A DNA stretch of 64,000 nt, taken from assembly GCF_055900595.2 (NCBI RefSeq), contig NZ_CM148325.1; one strand, written 5' to 3'. A program made the position numbers and the translations under genes. The notes under the pieces are model-generated. The model was not told the DNA's origin. It saw only the letters and a program-made list of their open reading frames with translations, and searched no databases. Below, piece by piece: positions 17,705-29,542 of this stretch. Positions within the stretch are counted from its first letter, which is position 1, and every line of letters starts with the position of its first letter.

Positions 17705-17912
17705 GCTTATTGGCGGACGCTGCAATTAATTCAGGAAGGTCCGCAAGGTCATCTGTCAGTGGATATGATGAAAAATCGGCGGCAGTTCTGTTAAGAAGCG
17801 CTTTAACTAATTCCTTTTCCTTCTCCGGCAACAAGTTGATTAGAGCTACGACTGCTTGCCTGAGTGCGATTAAATCAGCAAAAGTTTGTTTAGGTAGATT
17901 TGTGTAATCCAT
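17652..17912 (-). CDS. Hypothetical protein (86 aa) antisense inside the lysis cassette
   Basis: ORF with GAGG RBS 6 nt upstream of its ATG; non-repetitive sequence; 3' end overlaps the ydfR-like gene convergently. Confidence 0.45.
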   Translation of the reverse strand: MDYTNLPKQTFADLIALRQAVVALINLLPEKEKELVKALLNRTAADFSSYPLTDDLADLPELIAASANKLTEEIYPPQKSSQNSCE

Positions 17913-18025
17913 AGTCGCCTCTGTGTTTATCAGATTGACATCCTCCTCCCGCCAGTGCCCATCACTGGTGAGGTAAGATTTAACATATCCGGGGATTTGA
18001 AGCCGATAAATCCTGATAAATATCC

Positions 18026-19053
<1,028 letters not shown>

Positions 19054-19416
19054 ATTAATATTAAATCGGATTATTTTTAGCGCTGAATGTGAAATTTAAA
19101 TAAAAAGGACTCTTCCATGAGTCAAAATCCTTGAAATCTTAAGGGTAAGATAAAAGGTCATTAGACAGAATGACACGTTTTATTAATAAATAAAGCTATT
19201 GTTTCATTCGTGTGTTTTTCTTTACAAAAGTAATCCTTGCTATGGTTGGTTAATCATGCGTTAATGGTGTTCTGGTTTGTTACAAAATTATCTGAAGCAG
19301 TCATTGTTATAATTTTATTATTTGTACCTCTTGAGATTTCCTTGTTGGTTTTTCTCTCTGATATTTTTTTTCGGACCATTCTGCCCAAGGGCTAACTTCT
19401 TCAAAAGGTAATAATG

Positions 19417-19629
19417 ATGTCTAACAAAATGACTGGTTTAGTGAAATGGTTTAACCCTGAAAAAGGTTTTGGTTTCATCACGCCGAAAGATGGTAGCAAA
19501 GATGTGTTTGTCCATTTCTCAGCTATTCAGAGCAACGATTTCAAAACGTTAACTGAGAATCAGGAAGTCGAATTTGGTATTGAGAACGGACCTAAAGGCC
19601 CCGCGGCTGTTCATGTTGTGGCACTTTGA
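19417..19629 (+). CDS. cspI: Cold shock protein (CspI-like)
   Basis: [38 protein letters not shown]... cold-shock domain. Confidence 0.9.
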   Translation: MSNKMTGLVKWFNPEKGFGFITPKDGSKDVFVHFSAIQSNDFKTLTENQEVEFGIENGPKGPAAVHVVAL

Positions 19630-19828
19630 GGTAGATAATATTACAAACCATATTCACTTTAGATGCCCGTGTTGCCATGGTTCTCAGTATAGAACATCAT
19701 CTTTTGATGTTTCTGACAGGAATCCTTTCGGGGCAAAATGTATCTTTTGTAAATCAATGATGATTACATTTGATAATATTTCACAATACTTAAATGTTAG
19801 CCGTCTATCGTTAGATTTAAGAAAGTGA
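19613..19828 (+). CDS. Possible small Cys4 zinc-ribbon protein
   Basis: [10 protein letters not shown]...CIFCKS motif; weak RBS; start overlaps the csp stop. Confidence 0.3.
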   Translation: MLWHFEVDNITNHIHFRCPCCHGSQYRTSSFDVSDRNPFGAKCIFCKSMMITFDNISQYLNVSRLSLDLRK

Positions 19829-19900
19829 AAATGAAGGCTCCTTCGGGAGCTTTTTTTCTTAGTGTCTAGTCGATGGATACTCACATAATACGGTAACATT

Positions 19901-20131
19901 ATGAAAAAAATAATAGTTTTTTTTAACTCTGAACCAGCAATGGTAGTGCCAGTGATGACCGGAGTTAACACCATCATGCGTGAATATCCAAATGGCGAAA
20001 CAACACACCTCACTGTAATGGCTGCAGGGTTTCCATCTCTGACCGGAGATCATAAAATCATTTATGTAGCAGCGGATCGACATGTAACTTCAGAAGAAAT
20101 TCTGGAAGCAGCAATGAGACTCTTGAATTGA
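19901..20131 (+). CDS. Hypothetical protein (76 aa)
   Basis: Clean ORF in the cold-shock moron cluster. Confidence 0.45.
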   Translation: MKKIIVFFNSEPAMVVPVMTGVNTIMREYPNGETTHLTVMAAGFPSLTGDHKIIYVAADRHVTSEEILEAAMRLLN

Positions 20132-20303
20132 TTTGATTCTAATGCATTGATAATAAATGATAATCATCTTTATCTGTTTGTGTGAAATTTAGACCGTCGT
20201 ATGTTGATTATTGCGATGTTTCATCTTATCTTTTATACGTTTGCTCCATATAATTGACACTACTGTGTACCAGGAAAGTCATAACAGACTAAAAGAGGAA
20301 ATG

Positions 20304-20477
20304 ATGAACATTGAAGAGTTAAAAACAAAAACAGAAGCAGATATTTCTGAATATATAACAAAAAAAATCATTGAGCTTAAGAAAAAGACCGGGAAAGAAG
20401 TTACCAGTATCCAGTTTACTGCACGGGAAAAAATGACTGGTCTTGAAAGCTATGATATCAAGATTGATTTAATCTAG
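20304..20477 (+). CDS. gnsB: GnsA/GnsB-family protein
   Basis: MNIEELKTKTEADISEYITKKIIELKKKTGKEVTSIQFTAREKMTGLESYDIKIDLI; AGAGGAA RBS. Confidence 0.8.
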   Translation: MNIEELKTKTEADISEYITKKIIELKKKTGKEVTSIQFTAREKMTGLESYDIKIDLI

Positions 20478-20770
20478 TCTGTTTAGTATTAGCATCAATT
20501 TCTCATCAGATGCTATTCAACAATACAAATTACCCATAAACCTCGTTTTTACGGGGTTTTGTTATATTTAAACATTACCGAATAGGTATAAATCTCGATT
20601 GTCGATGGTATTGGTTGTGTGACAATACCTAGTCTTTCCGGTATGCCTGATGAGAATACAAACGACAGATTATGTAAGGGAAACGCGCTGAATCTTTAAC
20701 TCTTTCATGCTGAGTGATTTGACGTTATATTTTTAGCCGTAAGTGAAGAGCAAACGCATGGAGCGACAAA

Positions 20771-20977
20771 ATGCATAAAGATCAATACACTGATGCCCCC
20801 TCCCAGGAGCAGGTTCGTGTAAAAACTATGCTTAATAGCACCATTTCGATGGGTTACCCGGATGTTGTAATTGCATGTATAGAACATCAAGTGTCTCTGG
20901 AAGCATTCAGGGCAATTGAGGCCGCGTTAGTAAAGCACGATAAGAATACGAAGGATTATTCCCTGGTGGTTGACTGA
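20771..20977 (+). CDS. Hypothetical protein (68 aa)
   Basis: ORF upstream of the terminase region. Confidence 0.4.
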   Translation: MHKDQYTDAPSQEQVRVKTMLNSTISMGYPDVVIACIEHQVSLEAFRAIEAALVKHDKNTKDYSLVVD

Positions 20978-21299
20978 TCACCATAACTGCTAACCATTCT
21001 GACCATTTCACAAGTGACAGAGTCAATATCGTATTCTGTCACTGTCAGGCTAATACAGCAATGCAATTCAACTACAGCAATGCCTCGTATTTAGGTGAAT
21101 TTACAATATCGTCCAGTTCGGATGCCGGCTGCATTTCTGAAGATAAGGCATTTCGGTTCTCGTATTTTCCCCTCATGCTCGTCAGTCCTGCGCGTAGTAA
21201 GAAACAGGACACTCACACTAATTTGTGTGGGCATGCTGTGATGTCCTTCTGAATTATCCCCATGCCATTATGTAAAGCTCTGTTACAGATGCTCGTCAC

Positions 21300-21400
21300 G
21301 GTTGTCAGGCTGTCGGGTCCTCCCAGTGGGGGGCCCTGCCACGGGGCGGGAGCGTCGCGGAAAAAGGCTAGTTTTTGCATTTCCATGGCGGCGGCAGCAT
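21300..21400. other. Candidate cos / packaging-site region
   Basis: GC-rich island (cacggggcgggagcgtcgcgg, ggcggcggcagc) in an AT-rich intergenic region just upstream of the small terminase gene. Confidence 0.3.
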
Positions 21401-21527
21401 GTTTGGTAATTTATTGATAATTAAAAGTTATTTCCCTTTTCACCTGTACAATATTTTTTTCTTCCTGTCATTAGACCAGTTTGCAATTAATTGAAATATA
21501 TAAATAAACCTGATTTTCACCTGCCAG

Positions 21528-22067
21528 ATGGAGTTGCTTATGTCAAATGTGAGCGGGATCGGTGATGCTTATTACTGGAGTGTTTTTAAAATCGCCGAGG
21601 CCTTTGGGCTTCACCGGGACACAGTAAAAAAACGGCTCCTCGCGGCCAACACTCCTGTGGCTGCGACTGTCAGGGGGAACCCCGTTTACGCCCTGCAGCA
21701 TGTCGGGCCCGCCCTGTTTAGTGTGAAGCATGAGGCAGCAGACTCTGTTCATGATCCATCCCGTATGGAGCCGAAAGAGAGAAAGGACTGGTACCAGTCT
21801 GAAAATGAAAGGATCAAGCTGGAAAAGGAGCAGCGAAAACTCATCCCAGTTGATGAAGTAGTCATCGTCTATTCGTCCATGAGAAAGGCTGTCGTCCAGG
21901 TTCTGGAGACAATTCCGGATGTTCTTGAACGCGATTGCGCTCTGACTCCTCAGGCCGTCGGCGTTGTACAGCAGGCCATTGATGACCTGCGATACACTCT
22001 TCAGGAAAAATCCTACGAGGCTTGTGCTGCTGAATTAATTCCTGATGAGGAAGGAGAGAGTCTCTAG
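21528..22067 (+). CDS. Terminase small subunit (Nu1-like); start may be 21540
   Basis: Position and size; immediately upstream of the large terminase. Confidence 0.75.
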   Translation: MELLMSNVSGIGDAYYWSVFKIAEAFGLHRDTVKKRLLAANTPVAATVRGNPVYALQHVGPALFSVKHEAADSVHDPSRMEPKERKDWYQSENERIKLEKEQRKLIPVDEVVIVYSSMRKAVVQVLETIPDVLERDCALTPQAVGVVQQAIDDLRYTLQEKSYEACAAELIPDEEGESL

Positions 22068-22075
22068 GAGGAATA

Positions 22076-24175
22076 ATGGGTTTTTCATCAGCCCGAAATT
22101 TGGGAAGGGACATATCGGCAGGATTTTCCCCACCACGTCGCATGCCGATTTCGGAGGCTGTTAAAAAATTCATGCGTGTTCCCAAGGGGGCTGGTAACTC
22201 GGTGCCATGGGATCCTGAACTGACACCCTACATCATTGAGCCCATGAACTGCCTGGCATCGCGTGAATACGATGCGGTGATTTTTGTTGGTCCTGCGCGA
22301 ACAGGGAAGACCATTGGTCTGATCGATGGATGGATTGTCTATACCATCGTTTGCGATCCTTCGGACATGCTCGTTGTGCAGATGACCGAAGATAAGGCCC
22401 GCGAGCATTCTAAAAAGCGCCTCGACAGAACGTTCAGAAGCAGTGCGGCGGTAAAGAAAAGAATGAGTCCACGTCGTAACGACAATAATGTCCATGATAA
22501 GACGTTCAGGGATGGCTCGTTCCTTAAAATTGGTTGGCCCTCGGTCAACATTATGTCGTCGTCGGATTACCGGTTTGTCGCCTTAACCGATTACGACCGT
22601 TTTCCGGAGAATATCGACAGCGAGGGTGATGGTTTCTCCCTGGCCTCAAAACGTACCACCACATTTATGTCCGCCGGGATGACTCTGGTGGAGAGCTCGC
22701 CGGGACGTGACATCTGCGACAGCAAATGGCGACGTAAGTCGCCTCATGAAGCGCCACCGACGACTGGTATTCTTTCCCTTTACAATCGTGGTGACCGCCG
22801 CCGCTGGTACTGGCCATGTCCGCACTGCGGTGAATATTTTCAGCCAGCTATGGATGCCATGACCGGCTACCGTAATGAACCGGATCCCTTTAAAGCCAGT
22901 GAGGCGGCGTATCTACTTTGCCCGCACTGCAGCGGCATTATCACTGCGGAGAAAAAGCGTGAGCTCAATAGTGCAGGAGTCTGGTTGCGTGAAGGTCAGG
23001 TCATTGATCGTAACGGCAACGTTTCCGGTGAACCGCGCCGCTCCCGTATCGCCAGTTTCTGGATGGAAGGGCCAGCTGCTGCGTATCAGACCTGGGCGCA
23101 ACTGGTTTACAAATTACTGACTGCAGAACAGGAGTATGAAGCGACAGGAAGCGAAGAAACACTCAGGGCGGTTATCAACACCGACTGGGGATTGCCTTAT
23201 CTTCCTCGTGCCAGCATGGAGCAACGAAAAAGTGAACTGCTTGAGCAGCGGGCAGAGCCAGTTCCTTCCTGCAGTGTGCCGGATGGCGTTAATTTCCTTG
23301 TGGCGACAGTGGATGTGCAGGCGGGACGTCATCGCCGTTTTGTGGTTCAGGTAACTGGCTATGGCAGTCGTGGCGAACGCTGGATTATTGATCGTTACAA
23401 TATCACGCAGTCATTGCGCAGTGACTGCGACGGGGAGAGCCAGCGAATTGATCCGGCCAGCTATCCGGAAGACTGGGATGTCCTGCTGACGGATGTTTTT
23501 CATAAAAGCTGGCCGCTGGCCTCCGATCCTTCTCAACAAATGCGACTGATGGCAATGGCGGTGGACTCCGGCGGTGAAGACGGGGTCACTGATAATGCCT
23601 ATAAATTCTGGCGTCGTTGCCGTCGTGATGGCCTTGGTAAACGTATTTACCTGTTTAAGGGCGACAGCATCCGGCGCGCAAAACTGATCACCCGTACATT
23701 CCCTGATAACACCGGACGAACGGGCCGACGGGCGCAGGCCGCAGGTGATGTGCCGCTCTGGCTTCTTCAGACGGATGCACTGAAAGACCGGGTGAATAAC
23801 GCGTTATGGCGTGACTCGCCAGGTCCCGGCTATGTGCATTTCCCTGACTGGCTGGGGAGCTGGTTTTACGACGAACTGACGTATGAAGAGCGGAGCAGTG
23901 ACGGGAAATGGAGTAAGCCGGGTCGCGGTGCCAACGAAGCTTTTGACCTGATGGTGTATGCCGAGGCTCTGGTCATTCTGCATGGATACGAAAAGATCCG
24001 CTGGCCGGATGCACCGGAGTGGGCGAGCCGGGAAACCTGGCTGGAGTGTGTCCCGGACAGTACCGAACCGTCACCCTCACCGGAACCGGTATCCACGCCT
24101 GTTAAAAAACAAAAACGGAAGAAAACAGTAACTGACGATGTTAACCCCTGGCTGACTTCCGGAGGATGGTTATGA
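22076..24175 (+). CDS. Terminase large subunit (lambda gpA-like)
   Basis: 699 aa with Walker A (GPARTGKT) and C-terminal nuclease-type regions. Confidence 0.9.
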   Translation: MGFSSARNLGRDISAGFSPPRRMPISEAVKKFMRVPKGAGNSVPWDPELTPYIIEPMNCLASREYDAVIFVGPARTGKTIGLIDGWIVYTIVCDPSDMLVVQMTEDKAREHSKKRLDRTFRSSAAVKKRMSPRRNDNNVHDKTFRDGSFLKIGWPSVNIMSSSDYRFVALTDYDRFPENIDSEGDGFSLASKRTTTFMSAGMTLVESSPGRDICDSKWRRKSPHEAPPTTGILSLYNRGDRRRWYWPCPHCGEYFQPAMDAMTGYRNEPDPFKASEAAYLLCPHCSGIITAEKKRELNSAGVWLREGQVIDRNGNVSGEPRRSRIASFWMEGPAAAYQTWAQLVYKLLTAEQEYEATGSEETLRAVINTDWGLPYLPRASMEQRKSELLEQRAEPVPSCSVPDGVNFLVATVDVQAGRHRRFVVQVTGYGSRGERWIIDRYNITQSLRSDCDGESQRIDPASYPEDWDVLLTDVFHKSWPLASDPSQQMRLMAMAVDSGGEDGVTDNAYKFWRRCRRDGLGKRIYLFKGDSIRRAKLITRTFPDNTGRTGRRAQAAGDVPLWLLQTDALKDRVNNALWRDSPGPGYVHFPDWLGSWFYDELTYEERSSDGKWSKPGRGANEAFDLMVYAEALVILHGYEKIRWPDAPEWASRETWLECVPDSTEPSPSPEPVSTPVKKQKRKKTVTDDVNPWLTSGGWL

Positions 24176-24384
24176 ACCAGAATGATATCGAAGCCATGAT
24201 TCAGCGTTATACGGAAGCTGAAATGGCGGTGCTGGACGGAAAATCCGTCACCTTTAATGGTCAGCAGATGACCATGGAAAACTTATCTGAGATCCGGCAG
24301 GGACGGCAGGAGTGGGAGCGCCGCCTTGCGGCTCTGATTACACGACGACGGGGGCATCCCGGGTACCGGCTGGCGAGGTTCTGA
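24166..24384 (+). CDS. Head-tail joining protein (gpW-like)
   Basis: Small ORF between terminase and portal, overlapping both. Confidence 0.7.
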   Translation: MVMNQNDIEAMIQRYTEAEMAVLDGKSVTFNGQQMTMENLSEIRQGRQEWERRLAALITRRRGHPGYRLARF

Positions 24385-25892
24385 TGGCAATTCTTGATGA
24401 TGTGATTGGCGTTTTTTCACCAGGATGGAAAGCGGCAAGGCTGCGTTCCCGGGCGGTGATCCAGGCTTATGAGGCCGTAAAAACGACGCGGACACACAAA
24501 GCCCGGCGGGAAAACCGAACTGCCGACCAGTTAAGCCTCTACGGGGCCGTGTCGTTACGTGAGCAGGCCCGTTACCTTGATAACAACCACGATCTGGTCA
24601 TTGGTGTATTTGACAAGCTGGAAGAACGGGTGGTGGGGAAAAACGGGATTATTGTCGAGCCACATCCGGTATTACGCAATGGGGCCATTGCCCGTGATCT
24701 GGCAGCGGAGATACGCACCCGATGGAGTGAATGGTCTGTCAGTCCGGAAGTTACCGGGCAGTTTACCCGTCCGATGCTGGAACGTCTGATGCTGCGTACC
24801 TGGCTGCGCGATGGTGAGGTGTTTGCCCAGATGGTTTCCGGGCGCATAAACAGCCTGACGCCTTCTGCCGGTGTTCATTTCTGGCTGGAGGCACTCGAGC
24901 CAGACTTTATTCCCATGACCAGTGATGAGAGCAACAGGCTGAATCAGGGCGTGTTTGTTGATGACTGGGGGCGTCCCGAAAAATATCTGGTGTATAAAAG
25001 TCGTCCTGTATCCGGACGGCAGATGGAAACCAAAGAAGTGGATGCAGAGCGAATGCTGCATCTTAAATTTGTTCGCCGTCTGCACCAGATGCGCGGGACG
25101 TCTTTATTGTCCGGTGTGCTGATCCGCCTCAGTGCCCTGAAAGAATATGAAGATTCTGAGCTGACTGCAGCAAGGATCGCTGCTGCTCTGGGGATGTACA
25201 TCCGCAAAGGCGACGGACAGAGCTATGAAACGGATGGTAATGACAGCAAGGAGAATGAACGCGAGCTTACCATTCAGCCAGGCATTATTTACGACGATCT
25301 GAAACCCGGCGAAGAAATCGGAATGGTGAAGTCGGATCGCCCCAATCCTAACCTTGAAACTTTTCGTAATGGTCAGTTGCGTGCCGTGGCGGCGGGCAGT
25401 CGTCTGAGTTTTTCCAGTACAGCGCGCAACTATAACGGCACTTACAGCGCCCAGCGTCAGGAGCTGGTTGAATCCACTGATGGCTACCTGATCCTGCAGG
25501 ACTGGTTTATTGGTGCCGTCACCCGCCCGATGTATCGTGCCTGGCTGAAACAGGCTGTGGCATCCGGTGTTATCAGGCTACCCCGCGATCTTGACCGTTC
25601 TTCACTGTATACCGCGGTGTATTCCGGACCGGTGATGCCGTGGATTGACCCTGTTAAGGAGGCTGAGGCCTGGAAAATTCAGATTCGTGGTGGAGCGGCG
25701 ACAGAATCAGACTGGGTACGTGCAGGTGGTCGTAATCCGGATGATGTCAAACGTCGGCGCAAGGCAGAAATTGATGAAAACCGCAAGCTGGATCTGGTAT
25801 TTGATACCGATCCGGCCAGTGATAAAGGAGGCAGCAGTGCCGCAACGAAACGACAGGAGCCGCAGCACACCGACGACCAGTCCGAAGAATAA
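24384..25892 (+). CDS. Portal protein (lambda gpB-like)
   Basis: About 500 aa starting MAILDDVIG; ATG overlaps the W stop (TGATG). Confidence 0.85.
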   Translation: MAILDDVIGVFSPGWKAARLRSRAVIQAYEAVKTTRTHKARRENRTADQLSLYGAVSLREQARYLDNNHDLVIGVFDKLEERVVGKNGIIVEPHPVLRNGAIARDLAAEIRTRWSEWSVSPEVTGQFTRPMLERLMLRTWLRDGEVFAQMVSGRINSLTPSAGVHFWLEALEPDFIPMTSDESNRLNQGVFVDDWGRPEKYLVYKSRPVSGRQMETKEVDAERMLHLKFVRRLHQMRGTSLLSGVLIRLSALKEYEDSELTAARIAAALGMYIRKGDGQSYETDGNDSKENERELTIQPGIIYDDLKPGEEIGMVKSDRPNPNLETFRNGQLRAVAAGSRLSFSSTARNYNGTYSAQRQELVESTDGYLILQDWFIGAVTRPMYRAWLKQAVASGVIRLPRDLDRSSLYTAVYSGPVMPWIDPVKEAEAWKIQIRGGAATESDWVRAGGRNPDDVKRRRKAEIDENRKLDLVFDTDPASDKGGSSAATKRQEPQHTDDQSEE

Positions 25893-25905
25893 TTCCTGGT
25901 TCAGG

Positions 25906-27864
25906 ATGCAGGCTGGTCACCAGAGTGACGCGGATATTTATATTTATGACGAGATTGGTTTCTGGGGTGTTACAGCGAAGCAGTTTATCAGTGATCTGAA
26001 TGCACTGGGCGATATCACCCACATTAATCTCCATATCAATTCACCGGGTGGCGATGTCTTTGAAGGCATCGCCATTTTTAATGCGCTGAAAACACATGGT
26101 GCGTCCATTACCGTTTATGTCGACGGTGTGGCGGCGTCAATGGCGTCGGTCATTGCGATGGTGGGAAACCCGGTCATTATGCCGGAAAACACCTTCATGA
26201 TGATTCATAAACCATTTGGCTTTACGGGCGGTGATGCGGAGGACATGCGCACCTATGCCGACCTGCTCGATAAGGTTGAGGCGGTTCTGTTACCCGCTTA
26301 TGCACAGAAAACCGGGAAAACCACCGATGAAATTGCTGCCATGCTGGCGGATGAGACCTGGATGTCCGGTGCCGAATGTCTGGCACATGGATTTGCTGAT
26401 CAGGTGACGCCAGCCGTTAAGGCAATGGCATGTATTCAGTCAAAACGTACAGAGGAATTTAAAAAGATGCCGGAATCCATTCGAAACATGATTACTCCGC
26501 CACGCAACAGTGCTCCACGCGTACAGGATGATGAACCTGCAGCCTCCCGGACGCCAGTGCAGGCAGCAGCACCCGTGGTGGATGAAAACAGTATCCGTGC
26601 GCAGGTACTGGCAGAGCAAAAAGCGCGTGTAAACGGTATTAATGATCTGTTTGCCATGTTTGGCGGGCGTTATCAGACGCTGCAGGCTCAGTGTCTTGCC
26701 GATCCTGAGTGTTCGCTGGAGCAGGCCCGCGAAAAGCTGTTGAACGAGATGGGGCGCGAGTCCACGCCATCCAATAAAAATACACCGGCTCATATTTATG
26801 CTGGTAACGGTAATTTTGTGGGGGACGGGATCCGCCAGGCGCTGATGGCGCGTGCCGGATTTGAAAAAACCGAACGTGATAATGTCTACAACGGGATGAC
26901 CCTGCGTGAATATGCCCGTATGTCACTGACTGAACGGGGTATTGGGGTTTCCGGTTATAACCCGATGCAGATGGTCGGTGCGGCGTTCACCCACAGTACG
27001 TCTGACTTCGGTAATATTCTGCTGGATGTTGCGAACAAAGCCATTCTGCAGGGCTGGGAAGATGCTCCTGAAACCTATGAACAATGGACGCGGAAAGGTC
27101 AGTTGTCTGATTTTAAAATTGCCCATCGTGTGGGTATGGGGGGCTTCAGTGCTCTGCGTCAGGTGCGTGAAGGGGCGGAATATAAATACGTCACCACCGG
27201 AGATAAACAGGCCACTATTGCACTGGCGACCTATGGCGAGCTGTTCAGTATCACCCGTCAGGCCATTATCAATGATGATCTGAATATGCTGACCGATGTC
27301 CCGATGAAACTGGGCCGTGCGGCGAAATCCACTATTGCCGATCTGGTTTATGCCATTCTGACGTCTAACCCGAAAATCTCCACAGATAATGTAAGTCTGT
27401 TCGATAAAGCGAAACATGCAAACGTACTGGAGAGCGCTGCAATGGACGTGGCATCGCTGGATAAAGCCCGCCAGTTGATGCGCGTTCAGAAAGAGGGGGA
27501 GCGTCATCTGAATATTCGTCCTGCGTTCGTACTGGTACCGACGGCGATGGAGTCTGTTGCTAACCAGGTCATTCGCTCCTCAAGTGTCAAGGGGGCTGAC
27601 ATTAACGCCGGTATTATTAACCCGGTGAAAGATTTTGCGACCGTTATTGCAGAGCCTCGTCTTGATGATAACAGCCAGACCACCTTCTACCTGGCTGCGT
27701 CAAAAGGCTCCGATACGATTGAAGTGGCTTATCTCAACGGTGTGGATACGCCATATATTGATCAGATGGAGGGCTTCAGTGTGGATGGCGTGACAACGAA
27801 AGTGCGTATTGACGCCGGTGTCGCGCCAGTTGATCACCGCGGTCTGGTGAAATGTACGGCGTAA
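25906..27864 (+). CDS. Head maturation protease (ClpP/S49-like) fused to major capsid domain; start uncertain
   Basis: N-terminal ClpP-like region (DEIGFWGV...HINSPGGDVFEG...MIHKP); C-terminal capsid-like domain. Confidence 0.75.
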   Translation: MQAGHQSDADIYIYDEIGFWGVTAKQFISDLNALGDITHINLHINSPGGDVFEGIAIFNALKTHGASITVYVDGVAASMASVIAMVGNPVIMPENTFMMIHKPFGFTGGDAEDMRTYADLLDKVEAVLLPAYAQKTGKTTDEIAAMLADETWMSGAECLAHGFADQVTPAVKAMACIQSKRTEEFKKMPESIRNMITPPRNSAPRVQDDEPAASRTPVQAAAPVVDENSIRAQVLAEQKARVNGINDLFAMFGGRYQTLQAQCLADPECSLEQAREKLLNEMGRESTPSNKNTPAHIYAGNGNFVGDGIRQALMARAGFEKTERDNVYNGMTLREYARMSLTERGIGVSGYNPMQMVGAAFTHSTSDFGNILLDVANKAILQGWEDAPETYEQWTRKGQLSDFKIAHRVGMGGFSALRQVREGAEYKYVTTGDKQATIALATYGELFSITRQAIINDDLNMLTDVPMKLGRAAKSTIADLVYAILTSNPKISTDNVSLFDKAKHANVLESAAMDVASLDKARQLMRVQKEGERHLNIRPAFVLVPTAMESVANQVIRSSSVKGADINAGIINPVKDFATVIAEPRLDDNSQTTFYLAASKGSDTIEVAYLNGVDTPYIDQMEGFSVDGVTTKVRIDAGVAPVDHRGLVKCTA

Positions 27865-27950
27865 ACGTCGCAGACAACAACTCTGATGGCCCGTAAGGGC
27901 TTTTTTTGTACCTGAAATCAGCCCCTGAACGGGGCTGTGCGGAGACAGTT

Positions 27951-28274
27951 ATGGCAAAGAATTTTGTAGAAGAAGGAAAAACGGTGGCGATTGTTGCCAG
28001 TGCAGCCATCAGCAGCGGAGAGCTGGTGCAGGTGGGTGATGTTTTTGCGGTGGCGCTGACCGATATTCCACAGGGTGAAACAGGCGACGGCATGACCGAA
28101 GGTGTGTTTATGCTGCCTAAGCTGAAAACGGATGACATGAAAACGGGTAAGAAGGTTTATCTGAAGTCCGGAAAAGTTCAGCTGACTAACAGCGGCTCTG
28201 ATCCGCTGGTCGGGGTTGTCTGGGCAGATGCCGGAACCAGTGCAGAAGAAGTGCCGGTAAAACTCAATGTCTGA
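27951..28274 (+). CDS. Head protein (lambda Fi position)
   Basis: 107 aa with GGAG RBS between the capsid and FII-like genes. Confidence 0.5.
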   Translation: MAKNFVEEGKTVAIVASAAISSGELVQVGDVFAVALTDIPQGETGDGMTEGVFMLPKLKTDDMKTGKKVYLKSGKVQLTNSGSDPLVGVVWADAGTSAEEVPVKLNV

Positions 28275-28542
28275 TCCCTTTTCCCGGCTGGCAGCGCGTA
28301 TGGATGCGATCACGGTCAGAAAGATGGGAAAGACAGCCTCGATTAATGATGTCGATATGACTGTGATCCCGGGAGAAACACTGGCAGAGCTGAATGCTCT
28401 GTCCGGACCTGCGGTCTCTCTGGTGGTGTTTTCTTCGGGATACCGCCCACGGCGCGGGGATCGCGTTGTTTATGACGGACAACAATGGACGGTCACACGG
28501 CATGAACGCTTTAACGGTAAGCCAATGATCTTTATTGAGTAA
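28267..28542 (+). CDS. Head-tail joining protein (FII-like)
   Basis: RRGDRVVYDGQQWTVTRHERF resembles the lambda FII C-terminus. Confidence 0.65.
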   Translation: MSDPFSRLAARMDAITVRKMGKTASINDVDMTVIPGETLAELNALSGPAVSLVVFSSGYRPRRGDRVVYDGQQWTVTRHERFNGKPMIFIE

Positions 28543-28553
28543 AGAGGTGTGGG

Positions 28554-29144
28554 ATGAAGGGGCTTGAGAATGCCATCCGCAATCTGAACAGCCTTGATAC
28601 CCGTATGGTGCCACAGGCCAGCGCATGGGCGATAAACCGTGTGGCACAGAAAGCGGTCTCGGTTGCCACCCGGCAGGTTGCCGGGAATACCGTTGCGGGA
28701 GATAACCAGGTGAAAGGGATCCCCCTGAAACTGGTACGTCAGCGTGTCCGGGTGTTTAAAGCCAGTCCGTCAGGAAAAATGACGGCCAGGATCCGCGTTA
28801 ACCGGGGCAATCTGCCCGCCATCAAACTGAACACAACACGGCGGCGTGCTGGTGAAGGACTGAGAGTGGGAAAATACTTTTTCCGGGGGGCATTTGTTCA
28901 GCAACTGGCGAATGGCCGCTGGCATGTTCTGAGGCGTCTTCCTGAAGCGCGTTTTGCAACAGGGCATGACCATCAGGGCAGGCCAAGAAAAAATCGTCTT
29001 CCTGTGGAGGTAGTGAAAATCCCGCTGTCCGGACCGCTGACACAGGCATTTGAAGATGCCCGCGACCACATCATTGCTGCGGAAATGCCGAAACAGCTGG
29101 GGTATGCACTGAAACAACAACTGAGGTTATGGCTGACCCGATGA
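28554..29144 (+). CDS. Tail completion protein (Z-like)
   Basis: Position between FII and U. Confidence 0.65.
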   Translation: MKGLENAIRNLNSLDTRMVPQASAWAINRVAQKAVSVATRQVAGNTVAGDNQVKGIPLKLVRQRVRVFKASPSGKMTARIRVNRGNLPAIKLNTTRRRAGEGLRVGKYFFRGAFVQQLANGRWHVLRRLPEARFATGHDHQGRPRKNRLPVEVVKIPLSGPLTQAFEDARDHIIAAEMPKQLGYALKQQLRLWLTR

Positions 29145-29542
29145 ACCGACATACACAAATCCGCCAGGTCGTACTGGCACGCCTTCGGGAACAGTGTGGA
29201 GACAGCGCCACGTTTTTTGACGGGCTTCCGGCATTTATTGATGCGCAGGAACTGCCTGCCGTGGCGGTGTGGCTGAGTGATGCTCAGTACACCGGAAAAA
29301 TGACGGATGAAGATGACTGGCAGGCTGTTCTGCATATTGCCGTCTTCATCCGGGCACAGGCACCGGATTCAGAGCTGGATATGTGGATGGAGAGCACCAT
29401 TTTCCCGGCCCTGAATGATGTACCGGCACTTTCCGGACTCATCGACACCCTGAACCCACTCGGTTTTAACTATCAACGTGATAATGAGATGGCCACCTGG
29501 GCGATGGCGGAAATCACGTACCAGATCACGTACACGAATTAA
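29129..29542 (+). CDS. Tail terminator protein (gpU-like)
   Basis: ATFFDGLPAFIDAQELPAVAVWLSDAQYTG...DSELDMWMES matches lambda U. Confidence 0.9.
   Translation: MADPMNRHTQIRQVVLARLREQCGDSATFFDGLPAFIDAQELPAVAVWLSDAQYTGKMTDEDDWQAVLHIAVFIRAQAPDSELDMWMESTIFPALNDVPALSGLIDTLNPLGFNYQRDNEMATWAMAEITYQITYTN

Noticed and set aside
21061-21252. 63-aa plus-strand ORF before the cos-like region
   Set aside because: No RBS, low-complexity start, lies in the intergenic packaging-site region
22088-22551. Minus-strand ORFs in the terminase large subunit region
   Set aside because: Antisense to a confidently assigned terminase gene
26923-27507. 194-aa minus-strand ORF
   Set aside because: Antisense within the protease/capsid gene
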